IMG/VR virus record: IMGVR_UViG_3300042892_000474
Location: 42,075-106,074 of that record
DNA length: 64,000 nucleotides
Reading direction: 5' to 3' (one strand)
Source: a virus
The notes below the pieces were generated by a model. The model did not search any database and had not been told where the DNA came from. It saw only the letters and a program-made list of their open reading frames with translations. Shown here in pieces: positions 1 to 11,100 of the stretch (positions are counted from its first letter, which is position 1; every line of letters begins with the position of its first letter). Made by a program: the position numbers and the translations under genes.

Positions 1-1242
1 GGTGGTAGTAATGCAAGGGTAACAAATGCTGTAGCCGGCGGTATCACTGCTATAGGCAGATTAAATTCAGCACAAAATCCCGCGCAAGCATTAAGAGGAT
101 TAACTGGAGTTATTGGAAGTATTGGTACAATAGGAACATCATTAGGAAACAAATCAGTAGCAAAGGCTTCAAGAGATGTTAATGCTATAATAGGTGTATC
201 ATCTAGAGTTAACAGGGGTCTTGCAACTATAGCTAATGCAAAAACTGCCTCACAAGCTTTGGGCGGTTTACTAGGGGTGTTTGGTGGAGTTGGCACCGGA
301 GCATCTATATTTGGCAATAAGAAACTAATCAAAACTACTAGAGATATTAATAAGATAATAACCAACACTGGTCAAATATTGAGAGCATCTCAAGTTTTAT
401 CAACAAGTAAAAACGTCAACCAAACATTGGGAGCATACGGTTCTATAATAAACGCCGCCGGCCGCATTGCAGGCGTGTTTGGTAAAAACAGTAAGAGTAC
501 TGGCTTGTTTGGACTTCCAGGAGGACAGTTAAGCGTAGGTTCTATCGTTAATAAATCTTTAGGGTCATTGGGTATTCCTAAAAATCCGGCGCTAAACGCT
601 ATCATAACTAGTGCAGTGACTTCTTCTCTTAACAAAATAGCGTTTCCTAAAGCTATTCAAGGTGCAGCAGGATTGGCAGCAGGATTACCTTCTAGTTTGA
701 ATTTACCTACAAGTCAAATTACTAACGCACTAAGTAGTTTACAAGCAAGTGGTCAAAACTTAGCAGGTCTTGCGATGGGAGACTTATCTCTAGGCGAAGC
801 TGGCCCATTAGGCGCCGCAATGTCTGCAATTGGATTTGGTGGCGCAGGCGCAATTAAGATGCCAAGTATAGGTTTAAATACTAATAATATTGCAGAAGTT
901 AACGCTCAAATCAGTTCATTGTTAGAAGATTCTAGAATTCCTAAACCTGAATTTGGCGATATAGATGAATCTGCGGCAGCGTTGTTAGATGCAATGTTAG
1001 CACAGAATGATCAAATTGACAGTGCATTTGACGAAATTGAAGGATTAACTGAAGAAGCTGAATCTGCGAGAGAAGAATACTTTGCATTAGAAAATGCATT
1101 ACCCGCCGGCGATCCGCAATTAGCCTCAGCTAGAGAAAATTGGATTTCATTAAGTCAAGACTTGCAAAGTAGACTAGAAGCGATTGATAGCGTAATAAAT
1201 CAATCAGTACTCATAGCTATTGATGATAACGATCTCGCATAA
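1..1242 (+). CDS. C-terminal part of a large virion/baseplate-hub-region protein (5' truncated by the window); Gly/Ala/Ser-rich repeats, then an acidic coiled coil
   Basis: Frame +1 is open from base 1 (GGSNARVTNAVAGG...) into the 259..1242 ORF, so the TTG at 259 is not the true start. It shows ~56-aa repeats (QAL-x-G...GNK) and lies directly upstream of the gp25-like gene. Confidence 0.6.
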   Translation, partial: GGSNARVTNAVAGGITAIGRLNSAQNPAQALRGLTGVIGSIGTIGTSLGNKSVAKASRDVNAIIGVSSRVNRGLATIANAKTASQALGGLLGVFGGVGTGASIFGNKKLIKTTRDINKIITNTGQILRASQVLSTSKNVNQTLGAYGSIINAAGRIAGVFGKNSKSTGLFGLPGGQLSVGSIVNKSLGSLGIPKNPALNAIITSAVTSSLNKIAFPKAIQGAAGLAAGLPSSLNLPTSQITNALSSLQASGQNLAGLAMGDLSLGEAGPLGAAMSAIGFGGAGAIKMPSIGLNTNNIAEVNAQISSLLEDSRIPKPEFGDIDESAAALLDAMLAQNDQIDSAFDEIEGLTEEAESAREEYFALENALPAGDPQLASARENWISLSQDLQSRLEAIDSVINQSVLIAIDDNDLA

Positions 1243-1245
1243 ATA
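1239..1245 (+). promoter_or_regulatory. Putative T4-like late promoter core ATAAATA
   Basis: Matches the T4 late consensus TATAAATA at 7/8 positions, 5 nt before the ATG at 1251; the same motif recurs in other intergenic gaps. Confidence 0.55.
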
Positions 1246-1250
1246 ATATC

Positions 1251-1700
1251 ATGCCTCAATATATTGGATTTAGCACAGTTGGTGCAAACTTACCCAGAAC
1301 AACTAATGCTCCTGTCGGAAATGATGGTGGTGCCGGTACCGTACAGAAATCAATTAATACTGGTAGAAAATTTAGATTAGTTGATCAACCATTAGTAATT
1401 CAAGATTTTGTGAATGCTTTAAACATCCGTCAAGGACAGAAGGTTGGAAATCCAGGATACGGAACTACATTATGGAGCTTTGTGTTTGAACCTAATACAG
1501 CAGATGTTCAATTTAAAGTAGAAAACGAATTGAAACGTGTTGCTAGCTTAGATCCTAGATTATTAGTAAACACTGTCAAAGCATATCCGCAAGAGAACGG
1601 AATTTTGTTAGAACTAGAAGTAGCCGTTGCTCCTTTTAATCAAGCAAATTTGTTGAACGTCTTTTTAAGTTCTTCAACCGGCTCAGCCGCAATTCAATAA
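1251..1700 (+). CDS. Baseplate wedge subunit, gp25/GPW-like
   Basis: 149 aa with the typical pattern GQKVGNPGYGTTLWSFVFEP...DPRL; directly precedes the gp6-like gene. Confidence 0.85.
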   Translation: MPQYIGFSTVGANLPRTTNAPVGNDGGAGTVQKSINTGRKFRLVDQPLVIQDFVNALNIRQGQKVGNPGYGTTLWSFVFEPNTADVQFKVENELKRVASLDPRLLVNTVKAYPQENGILLELEVAVAPFNQANLLNVFLSSSTGSAAIQ

Positions 1701-1729
1701 ACCCTAATAAAAGACGGTTTTTAGGTATG

Positions 1730-1736
1730 ATAAATA
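1730..1736 (+). promoter_or_regulatory. Putative late promoter core ATAAATA
   Basis: Intergenic, 18 nt upstream of the ATG at 1755. Confidence 0.6.
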
Positions 1737-1754
1737 CTTAAAAGAGATAAACCT

Positions 1755-4700
1755 ATGGCTACAAGCTCACGACAATCAGCATTATTTGGGGTCAACGATT
1801 GGCAAGCGATCTATCAAACGTTCCGCGAAGCCGATTTTAGAAGTTATGATTATGAAACTTTACGCAAAAGTTTCATCGATTATCTACGTGTGTACTACCC
1901 GGAAACCTTTAATGATTACATAGAGTCCAGTGAATTCATTGCACTATTGGACGTTATTGCATTTATGGGTCAAGGTCTTGCTTTCCGCAATGACTTGAAC
2001 ACACGTGAAAATTTTATTGATACTGCGGAACGTAGAGATAGTGTTATTAAACTTGCTAACCTAGTAAGCTATACCCCCAAGCGCAACTTGGCTGCTCAAG
2101 GTTATCTAAAAATCGTAAACATACAAACCACTCAAAACATCACAGATTTGAATGGTACAAATTTAAGCAATCTTCCAATTCTTTGGAACGATCCTGCGAA
2201 CCCTAGTTGGTTAGAACAATTCAACACTATTATTAATACGGCATTAGTTGACACACAACGAATTGGCCGACCCGGAAACACAGCAGATTTGTTAGGAGTA
2301 ACTACTAGCGAATACACTATGAAAATTCCTAATACGTCATTACCAATAGTACCGTTTACTTCAGTTGTAGATGGTATTGCAATGAATTTCGAACTATGCA
2401 GTGTAACCAGCGTTGACGAAAATTACATGTATGAGATTCCTCCTGCACCTAGCGGCAGATTTAACATGCTATATCGTAACGACAAATTGGGTTACGGTAG
2501 TCCAAACACTGGATACTTTTTCTACTTCAAACAAGGTATTTTACAAAATTACGATTTTACCTTAGAACAGCAAATTGCTAACCAAGTGGTAAATATTGAT
2601 ATTGAAGGAATCAACAATGAAGATACTTGGTTGTATCAGTTGAACACCAATAACGGTACTAGAGTTCTTTGGAATAAAGTTGAAAACATCTATGCTGATG
2701 CGTATTTGCAAACTGAAACTAGTAACAGAACAATATTTTCAGTGAACTCTAGATTCAACGACCAAGTTAGTTATGTGTTTGGTGATGGAGTGTTCAGTCA
2801 AATTCCAGTAGGTACATATCGTGCATACGTTCGTGCAGGCAACGCACTGACTTACACTATCGACCCTACAGAAATGCAGGGCATAACAGTGTCATTCAGT
2901 TATGTAAACCGTACAGGTAAAACAGAAATACTAACATTGGGTCTTGAACTACAACTTCCAGTATCTAATGCACAGTCACGTGAGCCATTAGCACAAATTA
3001 AACAACGTGCTCCAACTCGATATTATACTCAAAACCGTATGGTTAATGGTGAAGATTACAATAACTTCCCATATACATTGTATAGCTCTATCATTAAGAG
3101 TAAGGCAATTAATCGTAGCAGTATTGGTGTTAGTAAAAACTTAGACTTGTTAGATCCTACAGGAAAATATTCAAGTTTAAATAGTTTTGCAACAGATGGT
3201 GCTTTATGGCAAGACACTACTAATGGCTTTGAGTCGTTGACTATTAACACTGTTGGTAATATTATTACATTCTTAACTGACACATTGAATAGTGTGTTGT
3301 CCAGTAACCGTGTTGTTCAATACTACACTCAAAACTTCACACAGTATACTATTGATGCCGCATCTGGTGACGGTACAGTATATTGGAACGCTAGCACAGT
3401 TGATGGTAACTCGTTAACGGGTTATTTCTACAACATCACTGATGGCAGCGAATTACCTATTCCAATTGGTACATATTCTACTAACAACGTAAAATATATC
3501 ACATCAGGTTCACTTGTAAAATTTATAGCGCCTAGTGGTTTTTACTTTGATGCAAATAATAGACTAGTCTCAGGTATACCAGGTGCTAGTAACCAAACAT
3601 ATATTTGGACAACTACATTAGCCGTCATAGGTGATGGCTACAATAATGGTCAAGGCAATTTTGCTAACGGTACGGGCCCGGTAACATTGAATGGATATGT
3701 ACCAGCCGGTGCTATATTAACAACCGTACTTCCTGCATTTGATAACTCATTGTCTAACGAAATTGTTCAGGAATGTATCATTCGTATGGAACTACAACAA
3801 AACTTTAGTTTAGTGTTTAACAATTCATTGACTATTGCACAAGATCGTTGGAGTATTAAACAATACGATGATGCAAATTGGTTTGTAAACTTTCAATATA
3901 TAAACGGAAGATACATTGTAACTTATCGTTCTTTGCGCTATTATTTTGGTAGTGTAGAAGACACACGCTTTAGTTTTGAACGTGATAAGTTAGTATATGA
4001 TCCGCTAAGTGGAAAAATTCTACAAGATTTCATTAGCGTACTAGCAACAAATACTCAACCTAATAGTAACAATCCATTGTCTAAAGCAATCAGTGTGAAC
4101 ATCGTGGGACAAACAGTAGAAAGTGATGGCTACATCAATGACTTTGAAGTTGAAGTAGCTAGTAATGATATTAACAATCGTGGATTAATAATCAATCCTG
4201 ATTTCTTTCAAACAGTAACCGGGTATGTCACTGGTGGCGCAAACACAGGTATATACGTGTTTTTTGAATTAGTCGAAGATGCTATTAACTTATCTAGATA
4301 TCAGATTGTGCCTACAACAGATGTGGTGCAATACCAAACTAAGACTCAAATTGAAGTAGCTAAATATGAGTATCCACTAGGACAATTGTTTTATGCGTTT
4401 GGCGAAACAACTTTTTGGAAAACAGTGCAGGATAATACAGTGAATACACCCTTTTATATATTAGAAGAACAACCTCAGTATTCTATTAAGTTTGGTCGTC
4501 AAGGATTACAATTTCAGTATCGTCACAATAGTAACAATACAACTAGAATTGACCCTGCAACAACGAACATTATTGATTTATATGTAGTGACTCAGAGTTA
4601 TTACACTCAATATCAAAACTATATACAAGACACATCCAATACTGTGCCCATGCCACCTAAGCCAACTATCAATGAGTTGAGTGAAGAATATGGCGAATTG

Positions 4701-5120
4701 AATAATTACAAAATGCTTAGTGATAGTATGGTATTAAACAGTGTTGTGTTTAAACCATTGTTTGGAGCAAAAGCAAGTCCAAACTTACAGGCTACCATTA
4801 AGGTTATTAAAGCATCAAATACAAATGCCAGTGATAGCGAAATTCGAAGTGCAGTATTAACAGCTATGAACGCCTATTTTGAAATCAACAATTGGAACTT
4901 TGGTGATACGTTTTATTTCAGCGAACTGAGTGCATACTTGCATGATCAAGTAGGAGAATACATTAGTTCCGCAGTACTAGTTCCAAATGATCCTACAATG
5001 AAATTTGGAGACTTGTATGAAATAAAATGCGCACCGTATGAAATATTCGTCAACGCGGCTACTGCAAATGACGTATTGGTTATCGCTGCTTTAACACCAG
5101 CTGAATTACAAATTGCATAA
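1755..5120 (+). CDS. Baseplate wedge protein, T4 gp6 / baseplate J-like
   Basis: N-terminal DYETLRKSFIDYL...ENFIDTAERRDSVIKLANLVSYTPKR, then FGDGVF and QNRMVNGEDY motifs characteristic of gp6-like wedges. Confidence 0.85.
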   Translation: MATSSRQSALFGVNDWQAIYQTFREADFRSYDYETLRKSFIDYLRVYYPETFNDYIESSEFIALLDVIAFMGQGLAFRNDLNTRENFIDTAERRDSVIKLANLVSYTPKRNLAAQGYLKIVNIQTTQNITDLNGTNLSNLPILWNDPANPSWLEQFNTIINTALVDTQRIGRPGNTADLLGVTTSEYTMKIPNTSLPIVPFTSVVDGIAMNFELCSVTSVDENYMYEIPPAPSGRFNMLYRNDKLGYGSPNTGYFFYFKQGILQNYDFTLEQQIANQVVNIDIEGINNEDTWLYQLNTNNGTRVLWNKVENIYADAYLQTETSNRTIFSVNSRFNDQVSYVFGDGVFSQIPVGTYRAYVRAGNALTYTIDPTEMQGITVSFSYVNRTGKTEILTLGLELQLPVSNAQSREPLAQIKQRAPTRYYTQNRMVNGEDYNNFPYTLYSSIIKSKAINRSSIGVSKNLDLLDPTGKYSSLNSFATDGALWQDTTNGFESLTINTVGNIITFLTDTLNSVLSSNRVVQYYTQNFTQYTIDAASGDGTVYWNASTVDGNSLTGYFYNITDGSELPIPIGTYSTNNVKYITSGSLVKFIAPSGFYFDANNRLVSGIPGASNQTYIWTTTLAVIGDGYNNGQGNFANGTGPVTLNGYVPAGAILTTVLPAFDNSLSNEIVQECIIRMELQQNFSLVFNNSLTIAQDRWSIKQYDDANWFVNFQYINGRYIVTYRSLRYYFGSVEDTRFSFERDKLVYDPLSGKILQDFISVLATNTQPNSNNPLSKAISVNIVGQTVESDGYINDFEVEVASNDINNRGLIINPDFFQTVTGYVTGGANTGIYVFFELVEDAINLSRYQIVPTTDVVQYQTKTQIEVAKYEYPLGQLFYAFGETTFWKTVQDNTVNTPFYILEEQPQYSIKFGRQGLQFQYRHNSNNTTRIDPATTNIIDLYVVTQSYYTQYQNYIQDTSNTVPMPPKPTINELSEEYGELNNYKMLSDSMVLNSVVFKPLFGAKASPNLQATIKVIKASNTNASDSEIRSAVLTAMNAYFEINNWNFGDTFYFSELSAYLHDQVGEYISSAVLVPNDPTMKFGDLYEIKCAPYEIFVNAATANDVLVIAALTPAELQIA

Positions 5121-5130
5121 GTAATATATT

Positions 5131-8100
5131 ATGGCATCAAGAATAAGAACACTAAATTTTCTACCTGAAATTTTTCAGACAACAACCAATTCACAGTTTT
5201 TAGCCGCGACTTTAGATCAAATCGTAGCTCAACCTGAAACAAAAAAGATACAAGGGTACATTGGTACAAAGTTTGGTTATGGCATAAATGCCAAAGATTA
5301 CTATGTAACTGAACCTACTAAGACCCGCACAGATTATCAATTAGACCCGGGTGTTGTGTTTACAAAAACAAACGAATCTGTCGCTAAAGACTTTATTAGT
5401 TATCCAGGTATAATTGATGCATTAAAACTAGAAGGTGGTATAACAAACAATAATGACAGATTGTTTAATAGCCAATTCTATTCTTGGGATTCTTTTACTA
5501 ACCTAGATAAAATTATTAACTTTAATCAGTACTACTGGATACCAGAAGGCCCTGAACGAGTTATCGTTTCTAGTGAAACTGTTTTTTATGCTAACGACTA
5601 CGTAGTTTATGATTTACCCAACGGGTACAATATTGTTCCATTAACGTCTGCGGATGGCCTAGGTAGCACTAATCCCACACTGACATTATTACGAGGCGGA
5701 ACTTACACCTTTGCAGTAAATCAATCAACTCAATTTTGGATTCAAGGTGAACCAGGAGTTACAGGATACAGTCCTACTCAACCTAATGTACAAACACGTG
5801 AAATTTTAGGAGTTGACAACAACGGTGCTACTCAAGGCTTAGTTACGTTTACTGTACCTCCCAATGATGCACAGGATGAATATAACTTCCCTGGAAACAA
5901 CACAGTAAGCTTAGTTTCTACTTTACCGTTTGCCTCAATTAATGGTGCTAGACTAAGTGACTTAGTAAATGGTATTGATGGTATAACCTCACTCGATGGG
6001 TTGAGAGTTATGTTTTACAACACTGGAATTCCAAACGAAGTTGGATACGTATCAAACTTTTTTGACTATACACCATATGATGAAAATAATGATCTAACTG
6101 AATTAAAAACTATCAGCATTACTAATACTAATAGTGTAACAGATGCTATTACTTGTAATAGTACAGCCAATCTAACTGTAGGAAATGCTATAATTTTTAA
6201 TGGCAATCCTTTTGGTGGCATAGCATCATATTCAACCACATTACCAAATACAATTTATTACGTGCAGTCTATATTAAATTCTACAGAATTTACTATATCA
6301 TCTACACCGGCTGGTTCAGTATTACCATTGTCTACTGCATCTGGATCAATGACCGGGGTCATTAATCAAGGTCAATACGAGCAAGGTTACTATACAAACG
6401 TAAATGAATATTTTTACTCTATTCAATTATTAGGTGATCCTTCTGATCCAGTAATACGTTTAGTTCAATCATCAGAAATACCAGTTGATGAAAAAATTAC
6501 TGCTACTTTTGGTACTGAGTGGGGTACTAGAAATTTCTATAGAAATACGTCAGGTATAATTTTATTAATTCCCTACATAAGCGCTCCTCTAGATACACTG
6601 TACTACCAGGACGGTACTTCCCCAAATAAAGTAGGTATCATTCGTTTAATTGAAAGTAATATTTCTAACACGTTAAATGTAGAAGATGATATATTAGGCA
6701 ACGCTCAATTTACTTCTACTAATGGAGTAGCTTTTACCAATGGTCTTAAAGTTAGTTTTCAAGGGGATGTTATTCCTAAAAGTTACTTGTTTGGTGAATA
6801 TTATGTAGAAGGTGTGGGTGCTGCAATTGAATTACTACCTGTAGAAAATTTCATAGCACCGGAAAATTTTACTGCAAGTACATATGTAGCCTGGGATACA
6901 TTAGGTTGGGATACTGCGGCATGGGAAGGTAATTCATACGTTCCAGTCACACCGGACTATATTACTATCTCACGCAATAGTATTGACAAAAATGCCTGGT
7001 CACGTAGTAACCGTTGGTTCCATATTGATGTTATCAATGCAACTGCGACATATAATAATAATCCTAATCTAGTTACGTTATATGCAACCTCAGCATATAA
7101 AGCAAAAAGACCAATTATAGAGTTTTATCCTAACATAAAATTGTTTAATTCTGGTTCAGAAGGTAAAGATCCTGTAGATTTTATAGATACTAGAACAACT
7201 GACGCCTTTTCGCTTGTTGCAGGTCAAGAGAATTATTATCCTGATGTTGAAGTGTATACTGCATACACTGGTATTATCACAAGCACTGATTATACACCAA
7301 TCCGTGCCTTTAGCGGTGCAGCCGATGCCACAAACATCATCACCACTGTAACTGGTACGACTGGATTCAGAGTTGATGACCTAATTATTTTTGACGGTGT
7401 TACTCCAAGCTTGGGCATAGTGAATGGTTCTACATATTTTGTAGCAGAGATTGTGTCTGGTACTGAGTTTAAAATATCTAGTATTAAAGGCGGCGATGTT
7501 GTAGATTTCAGTAATATATCTTCAGGCGGAACATTTGCTTGGACACCGCAGAGTACTACTTTAACCATTGACGCAGATGATGTAACTGGTACAATGACTG
7601 TTGGTCAATATATCACTGATTCTACTAACCAATTGCCTAGAAATACTCAAATACTTTCTATCACTGGTAGTACTACATTAACCATTGAAGTAGGTTGGGA
7701 TGAAGGGTCTTCGGGTTATATTCCAACAACAACCGAATCATCTTTTGTTAGTACTGATACAACTAATGACAATTATTCATTGTTTGAAGGTGCAAGAGTT
7801 ATTTTCACTCAGGATACTGACACTAGCGTAAAAAATAAAATTTATGTAGCTAGATTTTCTATTATAGCCGAGTCATCTATTCCAGTTATAACATTAACTG
7901 AAGTAGATAACGGTAATGTTCATCCCGATCAACAAACAGTTGCATTGCGTGGATATTTTAATCAAGGTAAAGAATTTTGGTATGATGGTTTAGAATGGAT
8001 AGATGGTCAACAAAAAACTACACTAAATCAGCCTCCGTTATTTGACATTTATGATAGTAATGGTATAAGTTTTGGTGACCCGACTATTTACTTAGGTACA

Positions 8101-11100
8101 TCATTTATCGGTTGCAAGTTATTTGCATATGGTATAGGTGCCGGAATAGATGACACTGTATTGGGATTTCCTATTAAGTATAGTGCGATAGATAACGTTG
8201 GCGATATCAGTTTTGATGTTTCTTTAAACGCAGACACCTTCGATTATGTAAGTGGAACTAATCCTATTACGCAAAAAATAAATACTGGTTATGTGTATCA
8301 GTATAATAACAGAATAGAATATGAGCGTCAACTAGGATGGCAGACTGCTGTATCACCTAGTGTTCAATATCAAATTTTTGAATTTAACTATGATCCATTA
8401 AATCCTACAACTTCATATGTATGCGATATTGCAAAGTCTAGTGCTGATAGTACTAACTGGCCTACAATTGAAGTATACATTAACAATACCATTGTATCTC
8501 ATGGGGAATACACTGTGACTGTAGGACCTGATACTACAACAGTAGTGCTCAATGAAAATCCTATACTTGAAACAGTAATTCAAATATTGTTGTTGAGTGA
8601 CCAAGTAAGCAATACTGCCTACTATTCTATACCGAATAATTTAAATAACAATCCATTGAATGCTGATATTGTAGTTGCCAACATAGGTGATATTCGTGGG
8701 CAATATCAAAGCAGTTTCTACAATAACCCTAATTCAACAGGTAAAGTTTTTGGCCCAAATAACTATAGAGATTTGGGTAACATGGTTCCGTGGGGAGATA
8801 AGATTATACAAAACAGTGCAAGCTTAGTATTGCCTGGTGCATTCTTGCGTAAGCAGGAACATAATTTATTCAATGCACTGATGTTCAATAGTAAAGAATA
8901 TGTTAAGTTTAAAAATTTATTAGCATATACTGTGAATAATAGTGATTATGTTCAACGATATGATCCTGCCACAATGTTAGATGATGCGTTAGATCAAATA
9001 ACCTCGTCAAAAACTGATAATCAATCATTCTTTTGGTCTGATATGTTACCTAGTAAGGCAGCATATGTGTCCAATACATACTCATTTGCAAATAGCTTAG
9101 ATGTAAGTATATACCCATTGTCTAGAGTTTACGATTACACTACTGCAAATTACTATGGTGTATTGGTATATTTGATTCGCACTCAATCAGGTATTACAAC
9201 AACTCAACAGTTGATTAAAGGTCAAGACTATACTATAAGTGCAACTGCTCCGTCATTAACTGTAAGTTTAGACTTACAACCTGGTGATGTAATAACAATT
9301 AAAGAATACAATCAAACATACGGTTCTTATGTTCCTAATACTCCTACTAAATTGGGATTGTATCCAGCATATCTTCCTGAAGTAATTTTAGATAGCAATT
9401 ACACTAATCCTACATATTTCATCAGGGGGCATGATGGATCATATACTAAATTGTATGGAGAATACGATACTACTACCGAACTGTTATCTGATTTTAGAGA
9501 CCAAGTTTCATTAGAATTTGAATTACGTGTTTATAACAACTTAAAAATTAGCTCAGTAATTCCTATTAAGGAATATGAAATTTTGCCCGGATTCTTTAGA
9601 GATATCGATTATTCGTATCCTGAGTGGTTAGAGATATACAGTAATGGATTCTTAAATTGGGTTGGTCAAAATCGTTTAAATTATAAAACTCAGTTCTACA
9701 ATGCTGGTAACAATTATACATACAACTATTTCCAAAGCGGTAATGCAATTAACAAGGCTGTAATTACTCAAGGCTATTGGAGAGGTATATATCAGTATTT
9801 CTATGATACTACGACACCAAACACTACGCCGTGGGAAATGTTGGGCTTCACTGAAATGCCTACATGGTGGACAAATAGATATGGTCCTGCTCCATACACA
9901 AGTGATAACTTAGTTTTATGGAGTGATTTAGCAGAAGGCATAGATTGGAACAACGGTAACCCAGTTGTAATTCCTGAAGCCGTACGTGACGGATTGTTAG
10001 AAATAATTCCGGTTGACAGTGCTGGTAATTTGCTTCCTCCTATCGACACTGTAGTTGGTAGTTACAATCAAAAATTATTCCAACGTGATTGGAAAGTAGG
10101 AGACGGTGCACCAGTTGAGTTTAGCTATAGACGCAGTAGCACTTACCCATTCGATTTAATGAGAACATTGGCTCTAACTAAGCCAGCAGAATTCTTTAAC
10201 TTAGGGGTCGATATAGACCACTACAAATACAATGCAGAATTTAACCAATACTTAGTAAACAATCGTAGCCACTTGAGAATGAGTGACATTGATGTGTACG
10301 GCACCGGCACCCCTGTAACTAGCTATGTTAACTGGGTTGTTGATTATGAAAAACAAATAGGAATTGATGCAACTACTAATATAACTGAAATGTTAAACAA
10401 CATGGATGTTCGTTTGGTATACAGATTAGCGGGATTTAGCGACAAAACTTTATTAAAGTTTTTTGTTGAAAAGAGTACACCCAATAGTGCAAATGCTAGT
10501 TTGTTAATTCCTGATGAGAGTTACAGCGTGTTATTGTATGATAACCAACCGTTTAACAGAATCATTTATTCAGGTGTAATTATACAAACGGCATCTTCAG
10601 GTGGATTCACAGTATATGGCAATTCACAAACATATGCGTACTTTAAAACATTAAAGCCAAAATTTGGCGGCAAGTATGAAACCATAGATGTAGAAGACTT
10701 GTCAATAAGAGTGACTCCGGATCATTTTGACAAAGAACAAATAGTACCATATAACACTGCATTCTATACAGCACAGGAAGTTGCGCAGTTCTTAGCAGAC
10801 TACGGTGCATACTTAACTAGTTTAGGTATGAAGTTCGATGACATGGAAAATGAAATCGAAATAAATTGGGCTCAAATGATTGCTGAGTTCTTATACTGGG
10901 CTCAGACTGGGTGGTCAGCCGGCAGCATCGTTACATTAAACCCTTCTGCTAAAAAATTAATGATTGACAAAGATAGTAATATCGTACAACCATTAACATT
11001 GCAACAGTCAAACTTTATATTGAATCAGAATTTATATCCTATTCAATTGAATGACATGTCAGTCGTTCGTCAAGGTACTGCATTCAGTGTAGCGGCGTTA

